Made by a program: the position numbers and the translations under genes
Shown here: positions 1-8,995 of the stretch, piece by piece
How positions within the stretch are numbered: the stretch's first letter is position 1
Layout of the letters: each line of letters opens with the position of its first letter
The notes under the pieces: model-generated
Database searches by the model: none
Seen by the model: the letters and a program-made list of their open reading frames with translations, nothing else
Told to the model about the DNA's origin: nothing
NCBI GenBank assembly: GCA_947176345.1
Contig: CAMWQI010000001.1
Span: 1,900-65,899 of the forward strand
Direction of reading: 5' to 3'
Source of the DNA: an uncultured Ruminococcus sp.
GTDB taxonomy: Bacteria > Bacillota > Clostridia > Oscillospirales > Ruminococcaceae
DNA length: 64,000 nucleotides

Positions 1-292
1 GAGCAGCACCTGTAATCATGTTCTTAACATAGTCAGCGTGACCAGGGCAGTCAACGTGTGCATAGTGACGAGCATCTGTTTCATACTCAACGTGAGCTGT
101 ATTGATTGTGATACCACGCTCTCTCTCTTCCGGAGCCTTATCAATCATGTCATAAGCCTCATACTTTGCCTGACCCTTCATAGCGAGAGTCTTTGTGATA
201 GCAGCAGTAAGAGTTGTCTTACCATGGTCAACGTGACCAATAGTACCAATGTTTACGTGGGGTTTAGTTCTTTCAAATTTAGCCTTTGCCAT
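1..292 (-). CDS. tuf: Elongation factor Tu, N-terminal ~97 codons (gene continues past window start)
   Basis: Hand translation of the minus strand from ATG (292-290) gives [33 protein letters not shown]...[17 protein letters not shown] (GTPase G1/G3 motifs). AGGAGG lies ~9 nt upstream. Absent from the ORF track because it runs off the window. Confidence 0.95.
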   Translation of the reverse strand, partial: MAKAKFERTKPHVNIGTIGHVDHGKTTLTAAITKTLAMKGQAKYEAYDMIDKAPEERERGITINTAHVEYETDARHYAHVDCPGHADYVKNMITGAA

Positions 293-337
293 TGGAATTT
301 TCCTCCTTAAATAGAAAATACAGTAATCTGTATATAT

Positions 338-366
338 ATTATAACAGATTATTTTAATAAATGCAA
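338..366 (-). promoter_or_regulatory. Putative sigma-A promoter for tuf inside the str operon
   Basis: Minus strand reads TTGCAT (366-361), 17 nt, TATAAT (343-338), between the fusA stop and the tuf RBS. An imperfect hairpin sits just upstream at ~372-402. Confidence 0.5.
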
Positions 367-408
367 GTGTTTCGGAGAAAAAAATTCTCCGGAACACGAG
401 ATTTTTTA

Positions 409-2487
409 TTAGTTTTTGCTTCGAGATGCCATAATCTTTTCAGCAATGCTCTTAGGAACTTCCTGATAGCTGTGGGGTTCCATAGTATACTGACCACGAC
501 CCTGTGTATTTGAACGGAGGTCGCTTGTATAACCGAACATTTCTGAAAGCGGAACGAGTGCATCAACCTGAACAGTACCTGTTCTTGATTCCTGTCCCTG
601 AATCTGTCCACGACGTGAACTGAGGTCACCTATAACAGTACCTGTGTATTCGTCCGGAACGATAACAGCAACTTTCATAACAGGTTCCATAAGGATAGCA
701 TTTGCCTGCTTGAGAGCTTCTTTGAATGCAATAGAACCAGCAATCTTGAATGCCATTTCGGAAGAGTCAACTTCATGGTAAGAACCATCATAAAGTTCAA
801 CCTTAACGTCAACAACTTCATAGCCGGCAAGAATACCAGCTTTCATAGCACCCTGAATACCAGCGTCAACAGCAGGGATATATTCCTTAGGAATAGAACC
901 GCCGACAACTGCATTCTTGAACTCATAGCCCTTGCCTGATTCGTTAGGCTCAACACGGATTTTAACGTGACCGTACTGACCAGAACCACCGGACTGTTTC
1001 TTGTACTTGTAATCAACATCAGCATTGCTCTTGATAGTTTCCTTATAAGCAACCTGAGGTGCGCCGACATTAGCTTCCACCTTAAATTCACGGAGAAGTC
1101 TGTCAACGATAATATCAAGGTGAAGTTCGCCCATACCTGCAATGATAGTCTGACCAGTTTCCTCATCAGTCCATGTCTTGAAAGTCGGGTCTTCTTCAGC
1201 GAGCTTAGCGAGAGCAATACCCATTTTTTCCTGACCAGCCTTAGTTTTCGGCTCAATAGCGAGCTGAATAACAGGCTCAGGGAACTCCATAGATTCAAGA
1301 ATAATCGGGTGCTTTTCGTCACAAAGAGTATCACCAGTTGTGGTGTTCTTAAGACCAACAGCAGCGGCGATGTCACCGGAATAAACTGTTGTGAGGTCTT
1401 TTCTGTGGTTAGCGTGCATCTGAACGATACGACCGAAACGCTCACGGTTATCCTTAGTAGCATTAAGAACTGTATCGCCCTGATTGATTACACCGGAATA
1501 AACACGGAAGAATGCAAGCTTACCAACAAACGGGTCAGTAGCAATCTTGAATGCGAGAGCGGAGAACGGCTCTTCGTCGGAAGATGGTCTGTCTTCTTCT
1601 TCGTCAGTATCAGGGTTAACGCCCTTGATAGCAGGAACGTCAAGCGGTGATGGCATATAGTCAATGATAGCGTCGAGAAGTTTCTGAACGCCCTTATTTT
1701 TATATGAAGTACCGCAAGTAACAGGAACCATGTGGTTAGCTATAGTAGCCTTACGGATAACAGTCTTGATTTCCTCAATTGTGAGTTCCTCACCACTGAA
1801 ATACTTTTCCATAAGTTCGTCGTCCTGTTCAACGACGTGTTCAATCATAGCCTCGTGATATTCCTGTGCCTTTTCCTTCATATCTTCCGGAATTTCTTCA
1901 ACACGGATATCTTTTCCGAGGTCATCATAATAAATGTAAGCTTTCATTTCAACGAGGTCAATAATACCCTTGAAAGTGTCTTCAGCACCGATAGGAAGCT
2001 GAATCGGAACAGCATTACACTTAAGTCTGTCTTTCATCATGTCAATGACACGATAGAAATTAGCACCCATAATGTCCATCTTATTTACATAAGCCATACG
2101 GGGTACTTTGTAGTTGTCAGCCTGTCTCCAAACGGTTTCAGACTGTGGCTCAACACCGCCCTTAGCACAAAGAACTGTTACAGAGCCGTCGAGTACACGG
2201 AGTGAACGTTCAACCTCAACAGTGAAGTCAACGTGACCAGGTGTATCAATGATGTTGAGTCGATGACCAGCCCAATAGCAAGTAGTAGCAGCAGAAGTAA
2301 TTGTGATACCTCTTTCCTGTTCCTGAGCCATCCAGTCCATAGTTGCACTACCCTCATGAGTTTCACCGATTTTATGGTTAACACCAGTATAATAGAGGAT
2401 ACGTTCTGTGGTGGTGGTCTTACCTGCGTCGATATGAGCCATTATGCCGATATTTCTTGTATTTTCAAGTGAACAATCTCTTGACAT
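409..2487 (-). CDS. fusA: Elongation factor G
   Basis: 692-aa ORF with [23 protein letters not shown] and NKMD GTPase motifs. Position between rpsG and tuf. Confidence 0.97.
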   Translation of the reverse strand: MSRDCSLENTRNIGIMAHIDAGKTTTTERILYYTGVNHKIGETHEGSATMDWMAQEQERGITITSAATTCYWAGHRLNIIDTPGHVDFTVEVERSLRVLDGSVTVLCAKGGVEPQSETVWRQADNYKVPRMAYVNKMDIMGANFYRVIDMMKDRLKCNAVPIQLPIGAEDTFKGIIDLVEMKAYIYYDDLGKDIRVEEIPEDMKEKAQEYHEAMIEHVVEQDDELMEKYFSGEELTIEEIKTVIRKATIANHMVPVTCGTSYKNKGVQKLLDAIIDYMPSPLDVPAIKGVNPDTDEEEDRPSSDEEPFSALAFKIATDPFVGKLAFFRVYSGVINQGDTVLNATKDNRERFGRIVQMHANHRKDLTTVYSGDIAAAVGLKNTTTGDTLCDEKHPIILESMEFPEPVIQLAIEPKTKAGQEKMGIALAKLAEEDPTFKTWTDEETGQTIIAGMGELHLDIIVDRLLREFKVEANVGAPQVAYKETIKSNADVDYKYKKQSGGSGQYGHVKIRVEPNESGKGYEFKNAVVGGSIPKEYIPAVDAGIQGAMKAGILAGYEVVDVKVELYDGSYHEVDSSEMAFKIAGSIAFKEALKQANAILMEPVMKVAVIVPDEYTGTVIGDLSSRRGQIQGQESRTGTVQVDALVPLSEMFGYTSDLRSNTQGRGQYTMEPHSYQEVPKSIAEKIMASRSKN

Positions 2488-2508
2488 AATAATCCTCCTT
2501 CAGAACTC

Positions 2509-2979
2509 TTACCAACGGTAGTGAGCAAACGCCTTGTTTGCTTCTGCCATTTTGTGAGTATCATCACGCTTCTTGCAAGCACCACCTGTGCCGTTAAGAG
2601 CGTCGAGGATTTCACCGGCAAGTCTTTCTTTCATAGTCTTTTCGTTTCTCTCTCTGGAGTACTTAGTAATCCATCTGAGACCTAAAGTCTGTCTTCTTTC
2701 GGGTCTTACTTCCATAGGTACCTGATAAGTTGCACCACCGAGACGACGAGCCTTTACTTCGAGCTGTGGCATGATATTTTCCATAGCCTGTTCAAAAACT
2801 TCAAGAGCGTCCTTGCCTGTCTTTTCTGCTACGATTTCAAAAGCACCGTAAACAATTTTCTGCGCAACGCCCTTTTTACCGTCAAGCATTATATTGTTAA
2901 TGAGACGTGTAACGAGCTTTGAGTTGTATACAGGGTCCTGTAATACATCACGCTTTGCGATATTACCTCTTCTTGGCAT
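2509..2979 (-). CDS. rpsG: 30S ribosomal protein S7
   Basis: 156-aa [31 protein letters not shown]...; GAAGGAGGG RBS upstream; str-operon context. Confidence 0.97.
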   Translation of the reverse strand: MPRRGNIAKRDVLQDPVYNSKLVTRLINNIMLDGKKGVAQKIVYGAFEIVAEKTGKDALEVFEQAMENIMPQLEVKARRLGGATYQVPMEVRPERRQTLGLRWITKYSRERNEKTMKERLAGEILDALNGTGGACKKRDDTHKMAEANKAFAHYRW

Positions 2980-3202
2980 TTTCGCTTCCCTCCTTCACAT
3001 AGATTCATGAATTCATAGGTACTCAAACCCTACCGATTACTGCTCCCGACGGGGAGCGTATGCTTCACCGGTCAGGTGTGCCAGAGCCAATGCAGAGGAT
3101 TTTTATATATATAAAATCTCCGCATTATCCAGCGGTAGTAGTTATCCTATTTTTAAATGTACAGTTTTATGACTTGTGTAGGTCATGAGCAGAATTAATA
3201 AA
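2980..3202 (-). promoter_or_regulatory. Structured intercistronic spacer between rpsL and rpsG (candidate cis-regulatory RNA)
   Basis: 223 nt with no ORF and visibly more GC than other spacers. Perfect hairpin GCTCCC-GACG-GGGAGC (3042-3057). Hairpin GCAGAGGATTTT/AAAATCTCCGC (3092-3123). Enclosing pairing CTACCG (3030-3035) with CGGTAG (3133-3138). Confidence 0.4.
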
Positions 3203-3619
3203 TTACTTCTGCTTAGGTCTCTTAGCACCGTATTTTGAACGAGCCTGACCACGATTAGCAACGCCCTGTGCATCAAGAGTACCTCTTATGATGTGATAAC
3301 GCACACCAGGTAAATCCTTAACACGTCCGCCTCTTATAAGAACAACGCTGTGTTCCTGAAGATTATGACCGATACCAGGAATATAAGAAGTTACTTCATA
3401 GCCGTTAGTGAGTTTAACTCTGGCAATCTTTCTCATAGCTGAGTTAGGCTTTTTAGGTGTAGCTGTTCTTACAGCAGTACAAACGCCTCTTTTCTGCGGT
3501 GAGCTCTGATTAATCTGAACTTTCTTCTTAGCATTGTAACCTTTCTGAAGTGCAGGAGCTGTGGACTTAACCTCCAGGTCTTTTCTGCCCTTACGCACGA
3601 GCTGGTTAAATGTAGGCAT
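3203..3619 (-). CDS. rpsL: 30S ribosomal protein S12
   Basis: The ORF contains [13 protein letters not shown]... Start moved to the ATG at 3619, which has GGAGGAAG upstream. The track's longer N-terminus lacks an RBS. Confidence 0.95.
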   Translation of the reverse strand: MPTFNQLVRKGRKDLEVKSTAPALQKGYNAKKKVQINQSSPQKRGVCTAVRTATPKKPNSAMRKIARVKLTNGYEVTSYIPGIGHNLQEHSVVLIRGGRVKDLPGVRYHIIRGTLDAQGVANRGQARSKYGAKRPKQK

Positions 3620-3670
3620 ATTCTTCCTCCTTTTCCAAAAAATTATGCACTTATTAAAGTACACTTATAT

Positions 3671-3699
3671 ATTATAACCAAAAAAATACGGCTTGTCAA
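3671..3699 (-). promoter_or_regulatory. str operon sigma-A promoter
   Basis: Minus strand: TTGACA (3699-3694), 17 nt, TATAAT (3676-3671), ~50 nt upstream of the rpsL start. Confidence 0.7.
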
Positions 3700-3790
3700 G
3701 TGTTTCTATGAAAAAAAGGGGATTTTTTTTTGAATTTGTTATTTTTCCCATTAAACAGGTTTATTCTGGTGCATAACTTATGCATTATTC

Positions 3791-3828
3791 AAAAAAACAC
3801 CTGTAATTTTCATTACAGGTGTTAAAAA
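3791..3828 (-). terminator. Intrinsic terminator after the cohesin-like/dockerin gene
   Basis: Perfect 11-bp stem ACACCTGTAAT/ATTACAGGTGT (3797-3822) with a 4-nt loop. On the minus strand it is followed by a 7-U run (A-run 3791-3797 on plus). Confidence 0.8.
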
Positions 3829-3834
3829 ATCATA

Positions 3835-5298
3835 TTATTCTGTCAAGGAGTAGGAAAGCCATATATCTATTGAATCTTTTGGCTTTTCGATTTCGGTTGA
3901 GAGATAAGCATAATACATAGCAATTAAACTTGCGTCAACGGCATTTATTTTACCGTCTTTGTTGAGGTCTGCAATAGTATTTTGTTCGGGTGTAAATTCA
4001 CCTATGCCGTCACCGGTTGAAAGTAGTGCATATTCTATACTTACAATACTTGCGTCAACGGCATTTATAAGACCGTCGTTATTTATATCGCCGAGATTAA
4101 GAGTTTCAGTATTATCAGTTACAGTTACTTCAAAGTATTTTTCATCTGACATATTTTCATAACTCATTCTTATGTAAATTCTGTAAGTTCCTGCTTTAGT
4201 GCTGTCAAATTCAGAAGTATCAACATTTTCATCGTCAGGCATAGAGTGCATAAAGCTCGGAATTCTTCCGTATGCGGTTGCGCCTGCAAAATGGAATTTA
4301 CCGCCTGAAAGGTCTAACTCCTCGCCGACTGTATAAGCAGTTTTTGTCGGATATGAGTCAATGAATATTTCAAAATATGTGGATACTGTGGTTGTAGTAG
4401 TTGTTGTTGCGGTAGTCATTGTTGTTTCTGTGGTTGTAGTATTTTCAGCCTTGCGGAGATATACTGTCAAATCGGGATTTTCAGCGGAGAGTTCCCAGCG
4501 TTCAGCACCGTCGGAAGTGTAGTAGCCGTCCGGTAAAGCGTTTTCGAGTGTTATGAGTTCAACATATGCGGTATCGGATATAAATTCAAATGACTTAGGA
4601 TTTTCGCCGGAAGTCTGTACAACGTGGGCGGGGTCAAGTGCATAGTATGATACTATGTTATATCTTACACCGGAAACACCCTGATTTGTTTCTTCATCAA
4701 CAAAGTTAATGCTGTATATATATTTTTTAGCGGTAGTAGTTGTGGTTGTCGTTGTGGTCGTTGATGTAGTAGCAGAAGTTGTAGTATTTTGTACGCTTCC
4801 GGTGTCACCAACTCTTATAATACCGAAATTAAACTGTGGTGTATAACTGTTTCCGTCTGCAAGGATACAAGAAACTGCATTAGTTGTCCACTGAAACATA
4901 TAATTTTTTTGTTCACAGTTTTCATTAACGTGCATATAGATTGAGGCTACAACGTCACTGTCGCCGACTATTCCGTTACTTGCAATGGAAAAATTGAGAT
5001 AATTTCCGCTTACACTGTGAGTTACTGTGCCGTTGAATGCCGGTGAAGTATCGGACATACCAGTTACTGTAAAGCCGTCCGGAATGGTAATAACAGCATT
5101 TGTAATTTTCTTTATTGCTTTTACATCACCTGCTGTAATTATGTCAAATTGTATATCCTGTCCGGCTGAAACGTCAATGGTATTAAACTTTAATATCATT
5201 TTTTGTACTACCGCCTGTACGCTTGCCGATGTTATGCACGTAAACACCATAAGCATACTCATGAAAATAGATAATATTCTGTTTGGTTTTGTTTTCAT
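3835..5298 (-). CDS. Secreted modular protein: cohesin-like N-terminal module, Thr linker, CnaB/prealbumin-like module, Thr linker, Ig-like module, C-terminal dockerin
   Basis: Signal peptide MKTKPNRILSIFMSMLMVFTCITSASVQA. C-terminal duplicated dockerin repeats GDINNDGLINAVDAS... and DLNKDGKINAVDAS... The N-terminal ~135 aa shows cohesin-like strand patterning (IDVSAGQDIQFDII...AVITIPDGFTVTG). Poly-T linkers. The cohesin call is by eye only. Confidence 0.8.
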   Translation of the reverse strand: MKTKPNRILSIFMSMLMVFTCITSASVQAVVQKMILKFNTIDVSAGQDIQFDIITAGDVKAIKKITNAVITIPDGFTVTGMSDTSPAFNGTVTHSVSGNYLNFSIASNGIVGDSDVVASIYMHVNENCEQKNYMFQWTTNAVSCILADGNSYTPQFNFGIIRVGDTGSVQNTTTSATTSTTTTTTTTTTAKKYIYSINFVDEETNQGVSGVRYNIVSYYALDPAHVVQTSGENPKSFEFISDTAYVELITLENALPDGYYTSDGAERWELSAENPDLTVYLRKAENTTTTETTMTTATTTTTTTVSTYFEIFIDSYPTKTAYTVGEELDLSGGKFHFAGATAYGRIPSFMHSMPDDENVDTSEFDSTKAGTYRIYIRMSYENMSDEKYFEVTVTDNTETLNLGDINNDGLINAVDASIVSIEYALLSTGDGIGEFTPEQNTIADLNKDGKINAVDASLIAMYYAYLSTEIEKPKDSIDIWLSYSLTE

Positions 5299-5331
5299 AA
5301 AAACCTCCTTTAAGAAATTAAGATTTTAAAA

Positions 5332-6768
5332 TCAATGCTTTTTCACAGCGAAAAGCATGATAAGCGGATATATTTCAAGTCTGCCTATAAGCATATCAAA
5401 TGACAGGACTATTTTTGAAAAAGTATTTAGATCACCTAAATTTCCGGCTGTACTGAAACGTCCCACACCGAAACCGATATTATTCATGCACGTTATGACG
5501 GCTGATGCAGATTCTTCAATTGAATAGTTGTCAAGTGTGATAAGCAGAAGTGAAAATGCAAGTATCATCATGAAAAGTATAAAATACGACGAAACACCAC
5601 GTACAACGTCATTTTCAACGGGTTTTCCGTCCATTTTAACGGTGGCAACCGCACGGGGATTTACTATATATTTTAATTCTTTTATGCCTGTTTTGAAAAG
5701 TATCAATATTCTTGAAACTTTCATACCGCCACCGGTTGAGCCGGCACAAGAACCCACAAACATAAGCAGTGTAAGAATTGTCTGTGAAAATATCGGAAAC
5801 TGTGAAGTATCAGTTGTGGCAAATCCGGCTGATGTTATAGTTGATGCCACCATAAAGAATGAATGTCTTAAAGCCTCACTGGTTGTATTAAAGATTTTCA
5901 TTGTATTAAGTGTGATTATGACTGTTGCAGTAATTATTACACCGAAATAGGTTCTTACTTCCTCATTTTTGAAGGCAAGCGAAAACTTTTTTATTAAAAT
6001 ATAATAATATAAGTTGAAATTAATGCCGAAAAGTATTATGAATACTGCAATGACCATTTCAATGTATAAGCTGTTGTAATGTGCTATGCTGTCTCCCCAT
6101 ATGGAAAATCCACCTGTACCGGCAGAGGAGCAGGCATGAATTATGGCATCATAGAGAGGCATTCCGCCTAAAAGAAGCATTATCATTTCAAGTACTGTAA
6201 GCGATATATATATACCATAAAGAATACGTGCGGAAAATCTTGATTTTGAGACAAGTTTTCCGGCTTTTGGTCCAGCACATTCAGCTCTCATCATATGCAT
6301 GGTTCTGGCATCATTGCTTGACATGATGGCAAGCACAAACATAAGTATTCCCATACCGCCTATCCAGTGGGTAAAAGCTCTCCAGAAAAGGCATGATTTT
6401 GACATTGATTCAACGTCACTTAATATTGTAGCACCTGTTGTTGTAAATCCGGAAACTGTTTCAAACAGTGCGTCCGTAAAATCCGGTATTTCACCGGATA
6501 TGACAAACGGCACAGCACCTATCACTGACATCATAATCCATGACGCCGCAACGCTTACAAAACCCTCCATTGAAAAAATTGAATTGTCTTTAGGTTTTTT
6601 TATTGTAAGGGCAAATGAAATAATCATGATTATTGCAAATGGTATTCCGAATGACGAAACAACGTGTTCTTCATTATAAATGAATCCCACTACTATGGGT
6701 AAAAGCATGAAAAGTCCCACGCCTTTTAGAATTTGTCCCATGATATATAAAATCATTCTGTAGTTCAT
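5332..6768 (-). CDS. trkH: TrkH/KtrB-family potassium uptake membrane protein
   Basis: 478 aa, multi-pass membrane protein with repeated selectivity-filter-like TTTGAT/SAGTGG/SAGFAT/STGGG segments. Adjacent to trkA. Confidence 0.9.
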   Translation of the reverse strand: MNYRMILYIMGQILKGVGLFMLLPIVVGFIYNEEHVVSSFGIPFAIIMIISFALTIKKPKDNSIFSMEGFVSVAASWIMMSVIGAVPFVISGEIPDFTDALFETVSGFTTTGATILSDVESMSKSCLFWRAFTHWIGGMGILMFVLAIMSSNDARTMHMMRAECAGPKAGKLVSKSRFSARILYGIYISLTVLEMIMLLLGGMPLYDAIIHACSSAGTGGFSIWGDSIAHYNSLYIEMVIAVFIILFGINFNLYYYILIKKFSLAFKNEEVRTYFGVIITATVIITLNTMKIFNTTSEALRHSFFMVASTITSAGFATTDTSQFPIFSQTILTLLMFVGSCAGSTGGGMKVSRILILFKTGIKELKYIVNPRAVATVKMDGKPVENDVVRGVSSYFILFMMILAFSLLLITLDNYSIEESASAVITCMNNIGFGVGRFSTAGNLGDLNTFSKIVLSFDMLIGRLEIYPLIMLFAVKKH

Positions 6769-6789
6769 ATCTTTGTACTGAAACTCCCT

Positions 6790-8148
6790 TTATTCAAAAA
6801 TATTTTTAAGGTCACTGAAACCCTTTGTTGTTGTGATTATAACAACACTGTCATTGAGTTTCAGACAGTCATCACCCTTAGGGATAATTAATTCATTGCC
6901 TCTTACTATGCTTGCAATGAGTATACCCTTTTTGAGTTTAAGTTTTTTCAGGGGAGTATTGAGATATGGTTTGTCATCACGGATAACAAATTCAATAGCC
7001 TCCAGTCTGTCATTTACAAGGCGGTAAAGTGTAGTTATATTGTTTCCTTTGGCATTCTGTTTTGCACGGACATACTGTAAAATCTGATTGACAGTTATTG
7101 ATTTTGGTGAAATAATGCTGTCAAGTGAAAGTGTGTCGGAAAGCTGTATTAAATTCATTCTGTTTACTTTAGTAACGACTTTTTCAACGCCGTTATTTTT
7201 GGCAAGCAGTGAAAGTAAAATATTTTCCTCGTCAATTCCCGTAAGCGTAACAACAGCATCGGCATCGTAAACACGTTCTTCAACAAGTACATCATGGTCT
7301 GTACCGTCGGCACATGAAATATTTACCTTGTTAAGTTTCTGACTTAATTCAAGACACCTGTTATAGTCGATTTCAATAATCTTTACTTTTATGCCCATTT
7401 CAATTAACTGCTGTGCAAGGTGATATGCTACACGTCCGCCACCTATGAGTACAGCAGACTTGACACGCTTTTCACGATAAGCGGCACTGATACTCTTGAA
7501 AAATTTAACCATAGCACTATGTGAGGCAGTCATATGGATTTTGTCGCCTGCTTTAAGCATGAAATTACCATCCGGAATAATAATCTCCTTGTCACGCTGT
7601 ACCGCACATATAAGAACGTCAAGGCGGAGCCGTCTGGAAAGATGATTTAATACAACACCATCAAGAATACTTCCGCTTGTTATTCTGATTTCAGCCAAAT
7701 CAACACGACCCTTTGCGAATGATTCGATATTGATAGCCTCCGGATAACGCAAGACTTTTGCTATTTCGTTGGCGGCATTGTAGTCGGGATTAACCATCAT
7801 GCTGATTTTTAGATTTTCACGCATGAATACAAGTTGTTTATCAAACTCCGGATTACGCACACGCGCTATGCAGTGACGGGCTTTCAGTTCCTTTGCAATA
7901 AGACAAGAAAGTATATTCACCTCATCAGAATTTGTCACGGCAATAAAAATATCCGTCTTGTCAACGTTTGCCTCTTTCAGAATACTTGTCTGTAGACAGT
8001 TTCCGGTAATTCCCATAACATCATGGTCATTCACAACGCTTTCAATAGTTCCCTCATTAGTATCAATTACTGTAACATTGTGTTCGTCGCTGAGAACGTC
8101 CGCAAGGGTGCTGCCGACTTTTCCGCAGCCTACAATGATAATGTCCAT
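6790..8148 (-). CDS. trkA: Trk system potassium uptake protein TrkA (two RCK/NAD-binding modules)
   Basis: 452 aa. N-terminal MDIIIVGCGKVG and a second VLIGGGRVA Rossmann motif, the typical TrkA duplication. Confidence 0.9.
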   Translation of the reverse strand: MDIIIVGCGKVGSTLADVLSDEHNVTVIDTNEGTIESVVNDHDVMGITGNCLQTSILKEANVDKTDIFIAVTNSDEVNILSCLIAKELKARHCIARVRNPEFDKQLVFMRENLKISMMVNPDYNAANEIAKVLRYPEAINIESFAKGRVDLAEIRITSGSILDGVVLNHLSRRLRLDVLICAVQRDKEIIIPDGNFMLKAGDKIHMTASHSAMVKFFKSISAAYREKRVKSAVLIGGGRVAYHLAQQLIEMGIKVKIIEIDYNRCLELSQKLNKVNISCADGTDHDVLVEERVYDADAVVTLTGIDEENILLSLLAKNNGVEKVVTKVNRMNLIQLSDTLSLDSIISPKSITVNQILQYVRAKQNAKGNNITTLYRLVNDRLEAIEFVIRDDKPYLNTPLKKLKLKKGILIASIVRGNELIIPKGDDCLKLNDSVVIITTTKGFSDLKNIFE

Positions 8149-8208
8149 AATTCCTCCATTAAATATAGAATTAAAATAAAGAGTATGAATTTATAATACT
8201 CCAACTTA

Positions 8209-8237
8209 ATTATAACCCCGATGTTATATTTTGTCAA
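8209..8237 (-). promoter_or_regulatory. Sigma-A promoter of trkA-trkH
   Basis: Minus strand TTGACA (8237-8232), 17 nt, TATAAT (8214-8209). The 5' UTR holds a weak AT-rich hairpin GAGTAT/ATACTC followed by TTTATTTT. Confidence 0.65.
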
Positions 8238-8267
8238 TAGAAAAATTATCTGTATAGTCTGATAAAA

Positions 8268-8501
8268 TTATTCCGGAATACTGAAAATTTCTTCATATGA
8301 GACGTTGAGAATTTTTTTGATAAGGATTATTTCGTCCGGATATAAATGGCGTTGTCCGACTTCAATTTTTGCTACTGCACTTCTTGTAATGTCGCACCCG
8401 TTAAGCTGTAACTGTCCGGCAAGATATTCCTGTGTTTTTCCGCTTTTTTCACGTAAATGACGTATATTATTTCCTACCTGTAATTCAATTTTTTTATTCA
8501 T
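8268..8501 (-). CDS. XRE-family helix-turn-helix transcriptional regulator
   Basis: MNKKIELQVGNNIRHLREKSGKTQEYLAGQLQLNGCDITRSAVAKIEVGQR is an HTH_3 pattern. Start set at the ATG (8501) downstream of AGAGAGGA. Confidence 0.8.
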   Translation of the reverse strand: MNKKIELQVGNNIRHLREKSGKTQEYLAGQLQLNGCDITRSAVAKIEVGQRHLYPDEIILIKKILNVSYEEIFSIPE

Positions 8502-8553
8502 TATAAACAAATCCTCTCTTGTAATCTCTTTACTTTTTAAATCAAAAAAAGTA

Positions 8554-8582
8554 TTGACATTATTATAAATTTGTTTTATAAT
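8554..8582 (+). promoter_or_regulatory. Consensus sigma-A promoter P1 (drives the orphan short transcript)
   Basis: TTGACA 8554-8559, 17-nt spacer, TATAAT 8577-8582. Confidence 0.6.
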
Positions 8583-8588
8583 ATAATT

Positions 8589-8706
8589 GCACCTATATGA
8601 GTGCAGAAATCTGCTTGTTTGGTAAGGGAAAAAATTGACAGCAGAAAGTGAATAAACAGTTTTCGGGCAATATAAAAAACCGTACTATTATGAGTGCGGT
8701 TTTTTA
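8589..8706 (+). ncRNA. Candidate small RNA or terminated leader (~115 nt), family unknown
   Basis: Bounded by consensus promoter P1 and an intrinsic terminator. No RBS-preceded ORF inside. The 5' segment TATGAGTGCAG repeats the terminator 3' arm (TATGAGTGCGG). Confidence 0.35.
8674..8706 (+). terminator. Intrinsic terminator
   Basis: Stem AACCGTACT (8678-8686) / AGTGCGGTT (8693-8701) with one G-U pair and a 6-nt loop, then a T-run to 8705. A-run upstream. Confidence 0.6.
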
Positions 8707-8714
8707 TGCGTATA

Positions 8715-8743
8715 TTGACATTTAGTAAAATATACATTATAAT
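8715..8743 (+). promoter_or_regulatory. Consensus sigma-A promoter P2 (drives the 58-aa ORF)
   Basis: TTGACA 8715-8720, 17-nt spacer, TATAAT 8738-8743. Confidence 0.6.
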
Positions 8744-8774
8744 ATAGTTATCAATTACTTTGGAGGGAAGATAC

Positions 8775-8951
8775 ATGGCAAAGTTACCAGATATTCCATT
8801 AGATAAGGTTGTAAAAGCAGGTCAGAAGGCTCTTAATGAACTTGAAAAAAGCGGTCAGGAAAAGAAAGTAGTAGAAGTCGTTTCAAAAAAGACCGGAATA
8901 AAAGAAGAAACTATCAATTCCGCACTGAAAATGGTACATGACATCAAGTAA
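8775..8951 (+). CDS. Small hypothetical protein (58 aa, Lys/Glu-rich)
   Basis: The ATG at 8775 is preceded by GGAGGGAAG. Sequence MAKLPDIPLDKVVKAGQKALNELEKSGQEKK... Followed directly by a terminator. No family recognised. Confidence 0.6.
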   Translation: MAKLPDIPLDKVVKAGQKALNELEKSGQEKKVVEVVSKKTGIKEETINSALKMVHDIK

Positions 8952-8988
8952 AAAAATTTCCGGCTGAACGTATCAGCCGGATTTTTTC
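8951..8988. terminator. Bidirectional intrinsic terminator (small ORF and spoIVA converge)
   Basis: 9-bp stem TCCGGCTGA/TCAGCCGGA (8959-8981), flanked by an A-run and a T-run. Confidence 0.75.
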
Positions 8989-8995
8989 ATGCAAT

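Noticed and set aside
843-1650. Long ORFs of 206 aa (minus strand, alternate frame) and 227 aa (plus strand, antisense) within fusA
   Set aside because: Shadow ORFs inside a highly conserved, strongly codon-biased gene. They have low-complexity Leu/Ser/Arg-rich translations, no RBS and no recognisable family.
3060-3095. Plus-strand segment CACCGGTCAGGTGTGCCAGAGCCAATGCAG, superficially reminiscent of SRP (4.5S/scRNA) helix 8
   Set aside because: It lacks the GNRA tetraloop and the conserved AGCA/GGAA symmetric-loop signature. The location inside the str operon is wrong for ffs. It is treated instead as part of the structured rpsL-rpsG spacer.
8149-8208. Possible c-di-AMP or other riboswitch in the trkA leader
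   Set aside because: The leader is only ~60 nt, with a single weak AT-rich hairpin. That is far too short for the ydaO/kimA-type riboswitch, and I saw no conserved motif.
8576-8776. 66-aa minus-strand ORF spanning the XRE/small-ORF intergenic region
   Set aside because: It overlaps two consensus plus-strand promoters and a terminator. It has no RBS and an Ile/Leu/Asn-rich translation typical of AT-rich noise.
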